From Candidatus Heimdallarchaeota archaeon (GTDB lineage Archaea; Asgardarchaeota; Heimdallarchaeia; JABLTI01), in assembly GCA_018238155.1 (NCBI GenBank), contig JABCTZ010000003.1:64001-128000 (forward strand): a stretch of DNA of 64,000 nucleotides. Direction: 5' to 3'. How positions within the stretch are numbered: position 1 is the first letter of the stretch; each line of letters begins with the position of its first letter. Positions 9,924 to 18,665 of this stretch are shown in pieces. The notes beneath the pieces were generated by a model. It made no database searches, was not told the origin of the DNA, and worked only from the letters and a program-made list of their open reading frames with translations. Both the position numbers and the translations under genes were made by a program.

Positions 9924-11573
9924 ATGATTCGAATTATGAAAAAAAGCAAAATTTTAGCTGCAGTATTGTTACTTGCAATGTTTTCAAGCGTGTTTACAGT
10001 TGGAACAGTAACATTACCAGCACAAACTGGTTCTGCATCAGCTCCAGTTACCGAGTCTGAAATATTCACTCCTGACGCAATGGGAGACCCAATGGGTAAC
10101 AAAGGTATACTAGCTGATAACGCAACTGGACATAGTTTCACCGCAGATGGTGATTTAGCCGATTGGGTTGGTATGTCCTTTGAAATGTTCGGTGGAGTAA
10201 ACGTCTCTTTAGCTTTTGACGCCACTAATGTTTACATTGCATTACAATGGAAAGACACAACTTATGACGTTTCCGTTGGTCAATGGAATAAGACAGGTAT
10301 GCTCAATGATACACTCGTTGATTGGCAATTTGTTAATGGTGCTGATGATGTTGTTCAAGTTGGTTTCTCACAAGGAGCCTATACAGATCTTATGGTCTGG
10401 ACTACCTCAACTAGAACCAATGATGTCTATGCATTTGAATGCAACGCTTCTGGACAAGCAGATTTGGGTGTTCTCCCATACCTTATGAACACAAACGTAA
10501 CAGGCACTTTTGATGGTGCTAAACCAACACTTCAAAACGATTTCGCAACTCCAATTACAAATGAAGTTACAGATGCTAATGGTACTATGTATCATGCTTG
10601 GTACAATACTACAACCCCATCTACACTTGGTCAAACAGATACTGACGTTTCCGCAGATTGGAATTCTACCTTAATGGATCATTACACTGTTGAAATGACT
10701 CGTGCATTAGACACTGGTGATGCCACTGACTTTGCTCTTAACTTTTCAGAAGCTATGACCTTCCATGTCGGAGCTGCCAGCCAAGATAACACATATGATA
10801 TGCTCATTTCAACAAGCTCATATTCTGTTGCTTTAACAAATGACGCAGCCGCTCTAACATTCACAACAATTACTGGCGCAGTTCAAAACGATGCACTCGT
10901 AATAACTGGTGGTGTGTTTGATGACTTTTCAGATTACACATTAACTATTCAATTAACTGGATGGGCTGACACTTATGGACCTGGTGCATGGTTTGCTCCT
11001 GATGTCAATGCAGTAACTGGCAACTATAGTTTCTTATTCTTCTTTGATGAATGGGATATGCCTTTAGGTACACATACAATCTTTGTTACACTCTATACAA
11101 TGTACGAAGCTCCAATTCAATTAAATCAAACAATTGTAATTGATGATACCAAAGCTCCAACTATTCAAGGTATTGTAGATATGCAAGAAAGATATCCAAC
11201 TGGTGTTCCTCTAGACGAGGATTACGTTATTGTAACTGTTGGTCTCGATGATGATTACTGTCACAATAATGATATTTCTGCTTTCCTTTACTCATGGGTA
11301 GATGATAATGTCGCAAATCCAACTGATATGGTACAATTCGCTCCTGGAAGTACAACTTTCACAGCAAACATAACAATTCTCCATACAGTTGGAGTAGTAA
11401 GCAATTACACATTCTTCATACAAGTCTGGGATACAAACTACAACAAATTTACTACTCAGCACTACTGGTTCTTAGATGGAAACCCAACAGAGACTGTACC
11501 AGCATTTGGTATAATCGCCGGTTTATTCGGTTTAGCTGCTTCAGCCTTTATTATTAAGAAGATCAAGAAATAA
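9924..11573 (+). CDS. Secreted surface glycoprotein with DOMON/CBM9-like domain and PGF-like (PAF) C-terminal sorting signal
   Basis: Signal peptide; DGDLADW, FDATNVYIALQWKD and YTVEMTRALDTGD; many N-x-S/T sequons; C-terminal VPAFG + TM + KKIKK. Confidence 0.7.
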   Translation: MIRIMKKSKILAAVLLLAMFSSVFTVGTVTLPAQTGSASAPVTESEIFTPDAMGDPMGNKGILADNATGHSFTADGDLADWVGMSFEMFGGVNVSLAFDATNVYIALQWKDTTYDVSVGQWNKTGMLNDTLVDWQFVNGADDVVQVGFSQGAYTDLMVWTTSTRTNDVYAFECNASGQADLGVLPYLMNTNVTGTFDGAKPTLQNDFATPITNEVTDANGTMYHAWYNTTTPSTLGQTDTDVSADWNSTLMDHYTVEMTRALDTGDATDFALNFSEAMTFHVGAASQDNTYDMLISTSSYSVALTNDAAALTFTTITGAVQNDALVITGGVFDDFSDYTLTIQLTGWADTYGPGAWFAPDVNAVTGNYSFLFFFDEWDMPLGTHTIFVTLYTMYEAPIQLNQTIVIDDTKAPTIQGIVDMQERYPTGVPLDEDYVIVTVGLDDDYCHNNDISAFLYSWVDDNVANPTDMVQFAPGSTTFTANITILHTVGVVSNYTFFIQVWDTNYNKFTTQHYWFLDGNPTETVPAFGIIAGLFGLAASAFIIKKIKK

Positions 11574-11575
11574 GA

Positions 11576-11610
11576 ATAGGAACCAAGTTCCTATCTTTTT
11601 TTATTTTTTT
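11576..11610 (+). terminator. Hairpin plus U-tract terminator
   Basis: ATAGGAAC-CAA-GTTCCTAT followed by T runs directly after the stop codon. Confidence 0.75.
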
Positions 11611-11791
11611 AGTCTGTAATAATGAATTTGAGATTATCTCCTATTTTTTTAGAGATAAAAAACGCTTTTAATGTTAATTGAGTGAATTTATATAATGCAT
11701 TCGTATCAAAACTTTTATCTAATTTTTATTTTATCAGTAAGAATTAATAAGAGAACAAGCTCTGTTTGATAGATAGATAGGAGAACACAAG

Positions 11792-12973
11792 ATGTCTAAA
11801 GATAGTAAAAAGAAAGCCCCCTCAAAGAAGAAAACAGCTTCAAACAAAAAAACAACCACTAAAAAAGTGGCTACAAGCTCGAAGTCAGCTAAGAAAAGTA
11901 CAACTGGAAAAAAACCTTCCGCAAAGAAACCTACTAAGAAATCTGCTGCAAAAACAACAGACTCTAAAAAAGGACTAACAAAAGCTAAAGCTACCACAAA
12001 AAGAGTTGTTAAAAAGAAATCAGTGGCAAAAAAAGTTGTTAAAAAGAAAGCAGTAGAAAAATCCGAAAAAGAAGGTCCTTTAGAGAAATATCTTCAAGCA
12101 GGAGAAATTTCAATTAAAGTAAAAGAATTGCTAAGGAAGAAAGTGAAAATTGGTGCTTCTGTTTTAGAATTATGTGAAGCAGGTGAAGCTTTGATTACAG
12201 AATTAGGTGGGAAATGGGCTTTTCCATTGAACGTTTCTATAAATAACATTGCGGCACACTATTCTGCTCCTCCTGATGATAATCTAGTCATTAAAAAAGG
12301 AGATATTGTTAAGATTGATTGTGGAGTCCATATGGATGGTTATGTTGCAGATACTGCTTTCACTGTTTCATTTGGAAGTGATCATGGTGACTTGATTAAA
12401 GCTTCTGAAGAAGCAACAAAAGCAGCAATTGATATGATTCGTCCTGGTATTTTTACTGATAGGATTGGAGAAGAAATAGAATCAATAATTAAATCATATG
12501 ATTATCGACCTATTCGTGACCTAACAGGTCATCAACTAGATCAACACCTTTTACATGGATCAATTACTATTCCAAATATTAGTGGCACGAAAGGAATCAA
12601 ACTAGAAGAGGGGCAAGCTTTTGCCATAGAGACTTTCGCAACTTCAGGAACAGGAAGCATTCACCCTGATGAAGGCAGATGTTTCATTTTTCATTTAGTA
12701 CCATTTCAAATCGGTTTACGTTTAGATGCTTCCCGCAAAGCTCGAAAAGTAATTTTAGCTAAATATCGAGACTTTCCATTTACAACTAGATGGATAGCAA
12801 ATGAAATCACTACTCCAACAGCAAAAGTTGCTATTAGAGATTTATCAACTAAGGGACAAATAAAGCGATACCCGGCTTTGTGTGATGTTAAGGGCTCTTT
12901 TGTTTCTCAATCTGAACACACGGTTTACTTAACAGGTAATAGTAGAGTAATCACTACAATGCCAAATCAATAA
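11792..12973 (+). CDS. map: Type II methionine aminopeptidase with Lys-rich N-terminal extension
   Basis: AFPLNVSINNIAAHY, KIDCGVHMDGYVADTAFT, LTGHQL, FAIETFAT and SQSEHT; first ~95 aa are K/A/S/T-rich. Confidence 0.95.
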   Translation: MSKDSKKKAPSKKKTASNKKTTTKKVATSSKSAKKSTTGKKPSAKKPTKKSAAKTTDSKKGLTKAKATTKRVVKKKSVAKKVVKKKAVEKSEKEGPLEKYLQAGEISIKVKELLRKKVKIGASVLELCEAGEALITELGGKWAFPLNVSINNIAAHYSAPPDDNLVIKKGDIVKIDCGVHMDGYVADTAFTVSFGSDHGDLIKASEEATKAAIDMIRPGIFTDRIGEEIESIIKSYDYRPIRDLTGHQLDQHLLHGSITIPNISGTKGIKLEEGQAFAIETFATSGTGSIHPDEGRCFIFHLVPFQIGLRLDASRKARKVILAKYRDFPFTTRWIANEITTPTAKVAIRDLSTKGQIKRYPALCDVKGSFVSQSEHTVYLTGNSRVITTMPNQ

Positions 12974-13116
12974 TAACGAACAATAATGAAAATGAGTTGC
13001 TATCCGAAATTACGGCTAAACTGATTTTCAGTTATTATTTATTTTCCAAGTATATTTCGAATAAGTCACAAACAAAGGTTTCTTAAAGTATTTTTTGTAA
13101 ATAATCTATACTAAAG

Positions 13117-14376
13117 GTGAATAGAAGTTTGAATACAGCTGCCTTGCTATCTGAGACAAAAATATTCTATTTTGATGAATTTAGAACAAATTTACAACAA
13201 GCTTCCATTTCTATTGATGAGAAGATTAAATCACTAAAACAAAAAGATGACGATGGAGATCAAGTCGCCAAAGTTCTTCTATATCTCTATAGAGGTGCCT
13301 TTTCAATAATTGAAGGCGAAAAGAAATACCGTAATGAAGATTATATTGGTGCTTCTGTTGAATATATAGAAGGAGAAAAGATGCTTACTCGATTCCAAAG
13401 GATGAGTACTGGTTTCTCTTTGGAATTTCAACAAGATGCTGAACGAATGGACCTTTTCTCTAAAGGTAGAAATTCTGAATGTCTCGCTTTGAAAAAAGGA
13501 ACATCACATGCTGATCAAACTGCAGCATTGTTGGAAGCTGTAAATTCATACACTTTAGAAGTAAAAATTGTTGAGAATTATAGTAACCCACTATTGAAAT
13601 ATAATGCTAAAGCAAGAAAAAATTTCACTAAAGGTTTATCCTTAAAATATAAAGGAGAACAAGCTTTTGATAATAAGAATTTACAATTAGCAAAAAAAAT
13701 GAATTTAGAGGCATACAGATCATTTGTAATTGCAGCTTATTACAATCCTTCATATTCTATTTGGGTTAAAGAACAAGATAACGTTTTGAAAACTATTGTA
13801 CAAATGATTATTGAGAAAAAAGCATCTATTTTGTGGAAAGAAGCTTTTAAACATTCAAATGATGGACAGTTTACTGAAAGTAGCGTGAAATGTAATCTTG
13901 CTTCTAAATTATATCGACGAGCAAGTAAATTATCACTAGATGAAAAAAATGTTAAGCTGTTCACATCCTATTCTTATATGCTAAAATCAAGTATGTATGA
14001 GGCAAATGCAAATGAATTTCTTAAAAATCTCAATGATTCAAAGAAAGCTACACGACAATTTGAAATGGCTGCAGATTTATTGAAACAAGCTATTCAAATA
14101 TTCCCAAATAAGGAAAATGATTTAGAAACTGTGAACAGATGGGAAGCACAGCAAGAATATTATTTAGGGCATTTTTATCAATCTCAAGGGATTTTTAATT
14201 TAGACTTAGAGGAGTATCAAGAAGCATTAAATTTGTTTTTTCAATGTGAAAAAATTTTTGAGAAAGCTTCACTAAAAGCAGAAAAAATTACTGATAAAGA
14301 TTTATATGATTTAATTCAGAAATCAATAACTGAGGCACAAGGATACATTGGTATGTGTAATACAGTTTTGGATTAA
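13117..14376 (+). CDS. All-helical TPR-like/alpha-solenoid protein
   Basis: Long ORF with repeated Ala/Tyr/Leu amphipathic helices. Confidence 0.5.
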   Translation: MNRSLNTAALLSETKIFYFDEFRTNLQQASISIDEKIKSLKQKDDDGDQVAKVLLYLYRGAFSIIEGEKKYRNEDYIGASVEYIEGEKMLTRFQRMSTGFSLEFQQDAERMDLFSKGRNSECLALKKGTSHADQTAALLEAVNSYTLEVKIVENYSNPLLKYNAKARKNFTKGLSLKYKGEQAFDNKNLQLAKKMNLEAYRSFVIAAYYNPSYSIWVKEQDNVLKTIVQMIIEKKASILWKEAFKHSNDGQFTESSVKCNLASKLYRRASKLSLDEKNVKLFTSYSYMLKSSMYEANANEFLKNLNDSKKATRQFEMAADLLKQAIQIFPNKENDLETVNRWEAQQEYYLGHFYQSQGIFNLDLEEYQEALNLFFQCEKIFEKASLKAEKITDKDLYDLIQKSITEAQGYIGMCNTVLD

Positions 14377-14407
14377 AGAAAAAACTAACTAGAATGATTA
14401 ATAGGAA

Positions 14408-14707
14408 ATGAAAAACATGGCTGAACAACCTCTCTGCCCCGAATGTGATCGTCCAATGAATTTTGTTGTTGCAAAATTAACGGAAGATGAAACACCAAAT
14501 GCCGCTGATGTTAAATCAGGTTGGTACTGCCCTGATTGTGGTATTTTCAAACCAACAGAAATGTCAGGAGAAATAGATCTGAGCACTTTGGATATCGATG
14601 TAAAGGATGCAATCAGAATAACTTCTTCCGCTGCATTTTTCATACCTGATGATTGGGTTCTCGAAGATAAAACGGAAGAAGTGAAGAAAATATTAGAGGA
14701 ACTCTAA
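14408..14707 (+). CDS. Small zinc-ribbon protein
   Basis: CPECDRPM...WYCPDCG. Confidence 0.65.
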   Translation: MKNMAEQPLCPECDRPMNFVVAKLTEDETPNAADVKSGWYCPDCGIFKPTEMSGEIDLSTLDIDVKDAIRITSSAAFFIPDDWVLEDKTEEVKKILEEL

Positions 14708-14768
14708 AAAAACATTTTTGGTTAATGCTCAAGCAGTAACCATTATTCTAATTTAAAATTTATTTCTT

Positions 14769-15026
14769 TTATTTTTCTAGCTCTTTTTGATGACAATCGC
14801 TTAAGAGAATTTGTGCAGTCATGAAAGAGACATCAAGTTTTTCAGATAACAGATTTGCATCTATATCGGGGCAATCAGATAAAATAATTTCCTTCAAATA
14901 TGCTAGTTGTCCTTTGTACAGAGGATTATTTCGTATAATGTTACCATCACTATTTATTATTGAAGTGTTTTTTTGTTTAGTAGTCGTGTTTTGAAATTGT
15001 TCATATGCCATAGTTTCTTCAACCAA
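14769..15026 (-). CDS. Small hypothetical protein with HTH-like C-terminus
   Basis: 85-aa ORF with LLSEKLDVSFMTAQILL. Confidence 0.4.
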   Translation of the reverse strand: MVEETMAYEQFQNTTTKQKNTSIINSDGNIIRNNPLYKGQLAYLKEIILSDCPDIDANLLSEKLDVSFMTAQILLSDCHQKELEK

Positions 15027-15266
15027 AGGGTGTTAATTTGTGCTCTCTCTTCGCCTAGATGTCAATCAGATGCTTTTGCTTTTAAAGTAGGATAATAACC
15101 AGAGCATACTCTCGTTTAAAAGCAGTCTTTTTTGTGCTACTCGATAGCTTATAAAACTAATCATTGTGATAGCTTTCTTCTTTACCCGATAGTAAAGGTT
15201 TTTTTAGCTCTGTGTACAATTTAGTATTAGATATTAATTATTACAACTATTTGAAGTGATTAAAAA

Positions 15267-15821
15267 ATGGGTTATATTGAACGTTCATTCGGTCGCGGAA
15301 ACCTCTGGACCTTATCATTTGGTATAGGCTTCCTAATTTGGGGTATAATTGCAGTAAGATTTCCAAATACTCCTGGAAGTTATTGGATGTTTATTCCAGG
15401 TGGAATACTTCTAATTGTGAGCATTTCTAATATTCTCAGTTATCGCTATAATCGCGAGAAAGTATTGGGTGCATTAAAATCTTACCAGAGAGTGCAGTTG
15501 AATCAGCTTAGTGAAGAATTACGGATGAAAAAACGTGATTTAAAAGAGATGATTGTTGATTTACGAGCAGAAGGAAAACTTAAAGCTTCGTTTGATCCTG
15601 AAAGCGGTGAGGTAGTGGTGTTTGAAGTAAAAGGACAACCACCAATTGGAGTAGCAACTCCACCACCTGTAAATACCAGTAAGAAAATGAGTGAACTTGA
15701 AGGTATAGAGATTACTCCAGTTATGCAGAATATACAAGATCAAGGTTATTGTCCATATTGTGGTTCAAGGGCCACTTCCAAGGATAAATTCTGTGTTACT
15801 TGTGGCTCAGCATTACAATAA
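15267..15821 (+). CDS. Membrane protein with PCI-like winged helix and C-terminal zinc ribbon
   Basis: Two TM helices; YQRVQLNQLSEEL...IVDLRAEGKLKASFD; CPYCG...FCVTCG. Confidence 0.75.
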   Translation: MGYIERSFGRGNLWTLSFGIGFLIWGIIAVRFPNTPGSYWMFIPGGILLIVSISNILSYRYNREKVLGALKSYQRVQLNQLSEELRMKKRDLKEMIVDLRAEGKLKASFDPESGEVVVFEVKGQPPIGVATPPPVNTSKKMSELEGIEITPVMQNIQDQGYCPYCGSRATSKDKFCVTCGSALQ

Positions 15822-15924
15822 ATGAAAGAAATCTAACAATGGACAAGTCACTTTGCCTTGTCATTTTCTATTTTTAAGCAAGCTTTTTTATTCTGAACAT
15901 CTGCATACAGTACATGATGATAGA

Positions 15925-16200
15925 ATATGCCTTCTAGAGAGTTGGTGATAGTTAGAACATTCTTGCGATGATCACCAAAGCAAGGGGAGGCGCACACTGG
16001 ATTCGCACGAGAGCATAGAATTGACTATCGACGATTTTAAACGGCTCTTTTCCTAGCTTATGCATGTTGCTTTGCGATGAGGAAAAAGTCAACCCAAGTC
16101 GCCCACACAATCGAGCTGCTTTCATCCCGAAGAAATGACTACTACTCCCACCTCGAGAGACCACGGTTGAGGAAGAATAATTCTAGTCGGTGATACAAGT
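15925..16200 (+). ncRNA. Candidate structured ncRNA, possibly a multi-hairpin box H/ACA guide RNA
   Basis: 47% GC by hand count over 15961-16200, with no credible ORF. Nested stems, repeated TTGCGATGA motif, and ACA triplets 3' of hairpins. Confidence 0.45.
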
Positions 16201-16208
16201 GTGTTAGT

Positions 16209-16436
16209 GTGTTGGGGGACATTGTTTCTTCATTAATTATTAAATCAAAAGAATTTATTGATGGAAATAAAATCTCAGGAGAACTTTATACTTTTATTAA
16301 AAAAGAGCCAGAGCCCACAACACCACCTCTAACAGAAATTTCTCTAAACCTGTCTGCGACTTCCACAATAATCTCAATTTGCTATTTGATTTTCTTCTCT
16401 CTAAAAATAAATACTATATATAAAAGAAGAACGTAA
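16209..16436 (+). pseudogene. Probable C-terminal fragment of a membrane-anchored protein
   Basis: PEPTTPP linker, hydrophobic segment and basic tail, without a plausible N-terminus. Confidence 0.3.
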
Positions 16437-16497
16437 GCACACTATATAACAAGTCACCTCTAAAAATTCCTTTAAACACTATATTGTTGAAAGATTA

Positions 16498-16512
16498 GAA
16501 ACGGTTTTAAAG
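16498..16512 (+). promoter_or_regulatory. Archaeal BRE/TATA promoter
   Basis: GAAACGG-TTTTAAAG about 40 nt upstream of the CDS; matches the mutL promoter motif. Confidence 0.5.
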
Positions 16513-16552
16513 TAGGTTATTTTATGATTATATAATATCAGAAGATAGTTAG

Positions 16553-17290
16553 TTGATGTTAATGTCTTGGTGGCGCAATTTTAAATTAAGAACAAGAGGC
16601 GGATACAAAAAGATAATGCTTCCATTTGGTCGATTTATTGGGAAAATGGGCATATCTCCAAATGCTATATCAATGATTTCTGCAGTGTTTGCAATTGCAT
16701 CTGCTACTATGTATGCATTCAATGGCAGAGTGGGTACATTCGAGTATTGGTGGGCAATTGGTTTTCCATTAATGTTCATCGCCGGAATGCTCGATGTAGT
16801 AGATGGTTCTGTTGCAAGAGCAATGGGTAAGACAACTAAATTTGGTCAAGTATTAGATCCAGTAATGGATAGATTCGTTGAATTTTGTTACCTGATTGGA
16901 ATTGCTATTGGAATTTATACCTTCGAACCTCTCGAGACTCTTTGGCCAGGAATCGCAACAATTTCAGTAGCAGCATGGTGCTTTTTCTCCTTTGCAGGAA
17001 TGATCTTTGCGAGTTACTCTCGAGCACGAGGCGAAAGTGTTGCCCAGATGAGCGTTGAAAGTGTAGGAATTATGGAGCGCAGAGAAAAGATACTTATTCT
17101 GATGCTTGGTAACATACTTTTCATCTGGTGGCCCGTAGCATTACCCATTGGAATAATATTGGTAGGTTTCTTATCATTTATAACAACCATTCAAAGAATG
17201 TTCTTTATACGCAAACTAATGATTGAAATTGGGAATGAAGTTAAAATACAAGAACCAGAAGAAGATATTGAAAAGGAACCAGAAGAGTAA
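16553..17290 (+). CDS. CDP-alcohol phosphatidyltransferase (archaetidylinositol-phosphate synthase/PgsA-like)
   Basis: PNAIS, DVVDGSVARAMGKTTKFGQVLDPVMDR, SYSRARGE and VGIMERRE. Confidence 0.92.
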   Translation: MMLMSWWRNFKLRTRGGYKKIMLPFGRFIGKMGISPNAISMISAVFAIASATMYAFNGRVGTFEYWWAIGFPLMFIAGMLDVVDGSVARAMGKTTKFGQVLDPVMDRFVEFCYLIGIAIGIYTFEPLETLWPGIATISVAAWCFFSFAGMIFASYSRARGESVAQMSVESVGIMERREKILILMLGNILFIWWPVALPIGIILVGFLSFITTIQRMFFIRKLMIEIGNEVKIQEPEEDIEKEPEE

Positions 17291-17344
17291 AAAATAATCA
17301 CATAGAGAAATGAATAACAGATAGATTTGGAGCGAAGAAGATAA

Positions 17345-17989
17345 ATGTCCTTTATTGTTGAACGATCACATGTAATTTTCAAACATCTCATTCATGTCGG
17401 GCCCGAAGTTGATGTTGAAGCAGTTGCAGATATAGCTACTAGAAGAGATTATACAAAAACCACTAGAACAATAAACACTCCAAGAGGTCCTTTGAAAGAA
17501 TATCTTTTCCGTCCCAAAACAAATCCTCAATCCCTAATTGTCTTTTCTAGAAAAGGATTTGTAATAGATGCTCAACCTGCAGATAACGTTTTAGCTTTGT
17601 TTAGAGATGCATATGATTTTTATGAAAAAGTATTGGGTGATCAAGCATTAACTGCAACAGTTGTTATGGAACTAAATTCAAAGTTTGAAGTCTTTTCTCC
17701 CACGCCTGTCAAAGAACTATTTACCAAATTGTACAGTGAGCAAGCATTCAAATTTAGCTGGAGTGGTAAGGAACTCCGTCCAAGTGGTTTTACCCTTGCA
17801 GCCGGAACAGGAAAATTCCCAGAAGAGTCAGTGCAATTTACCATTCAACCATTTCCTAAAGATCCGGAAAGACGCCTTATTGCAGTTGTAATGTATCGTT
17901 CTACTGAATTGGATGACGCTCTCAAATTCATTGAGACTATTGATGCTGATATAATAAAAATACTAAGTAAAATTTCTAAAGTAAAATAG
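17345..17989 (+). CDS. Hypothetical protein
   Basis: 214-aa ORF in an apparent operon; no motif recognised. Confidence 0.7.
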   Translation: MSFIVERSHVIFKHLIHVGPEVDVEAVADIATRRDYTKTTRTINTPRGPLKEYLFRPKTNPQSLIVFSRKGFVIDAQPADNVLALFRDAYDFYEKVLGDQALTATVVMELNSKFEVFSPTPVKELFTKLYSEQAFKFSWSGKELRPSGFTLAAGTGKFPEESVQFTIQPFPKDPERRLIAVVMYRSTELDDALKFIETIDADIIKILSKISKVK

Positions 17990-18018
17990 TTCATTAATAT
18001 TGCAGGTTATTAATTGCT

Positions 18019-18582
18019 GTGAACAAAGTGAGTGAAGAAAAACCAGATTGGAAGGTCGCTCAAACAAAAGTTGCTGATTTTTTACAACAACATCACTTTG
18101 CAGTAAAACAAGAGGTTTCTTTGAAAAGTGGCAAACGAGTTGATGTTGTAGCCTTGAGAAAGATTTCCGGGCGTATTTTACATGTTCTTGTTGAAGTAAA
18201 GGATTGGAATAAAGTATCTAGAAAACAAGAGGCTGAATTTTGCAAACAAATTATTCGATATATTATTGAATACTCAATAGACGATGCTCGAAAACACTCC
18301 ACAAAAGATAGATGGAATTCTACCGCCAAAAATACGGTTGACCTTTTTTTGGGCATCCTTTGTTTGACTAAAGATGCGCATTTCTCCTATCGGAAAATTT
18401 CTCAACATTTTGTAGCAAAAAATGAAAATATTCTAGGCATTCCTTTCCGAGAACAACTTAGTAATAATATCAAGTTATTCGTAACTCATTTTGATTACTT
18501 GCCAAAAGTGTTCGATGAAATTGGTTTTCCTTTGTATAGAGAATCTCCACTTACAGAATGGATGACTAAAGAGCTAATGTAA
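18019..18582 (+). CDS. PD-(D/E)XK superfamily nuclease
   Basis: Q..V..FL...QEV...RVDVVA...LVEVKDW catalytic pattern. Confidence 0.7.
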   Translation: MNKVSEEKPDWKVAQTKVADFLQQHHFAVKQEVSLKSGKRVDVVALRKISGRILHVLVEVKDWNKVSRKQEAEFCKQIIRYIIEYSIDDARKHSTKDRWNSTAKNTVDLFLGILCLTKDAHFSYRKISQHFVAKNENILGIPFREQLSNNIKLFVTHFDYLPKVFDEIGFPLYRESPLTEWMTKELM

Positions 18583-18665
18583 GATGCCTGTCTTTGTCAA
18601 ATCACTCCACAATATTGTAATACAAAGATTAAAAACCTTAATCATAGTATTCTCCAAAATAGAAG

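Noticed and set aside
4851-10864. Antisense and alternative-frame ORFs within mutS, mutL and the surface protein (and similar ones elsewhere in the track)
   Set aside because: Shadows of well-supported genes with no independent motifs.
15940-16220. RNase P RNA or SRP RNA
   Set aside because: GAGGAAAAAGTC only loosely resembles the RNase P CR-I, and no matching CR-V or SRP helix-8 motif was found. The minus-strand 70-aa ORF also looks spurious.
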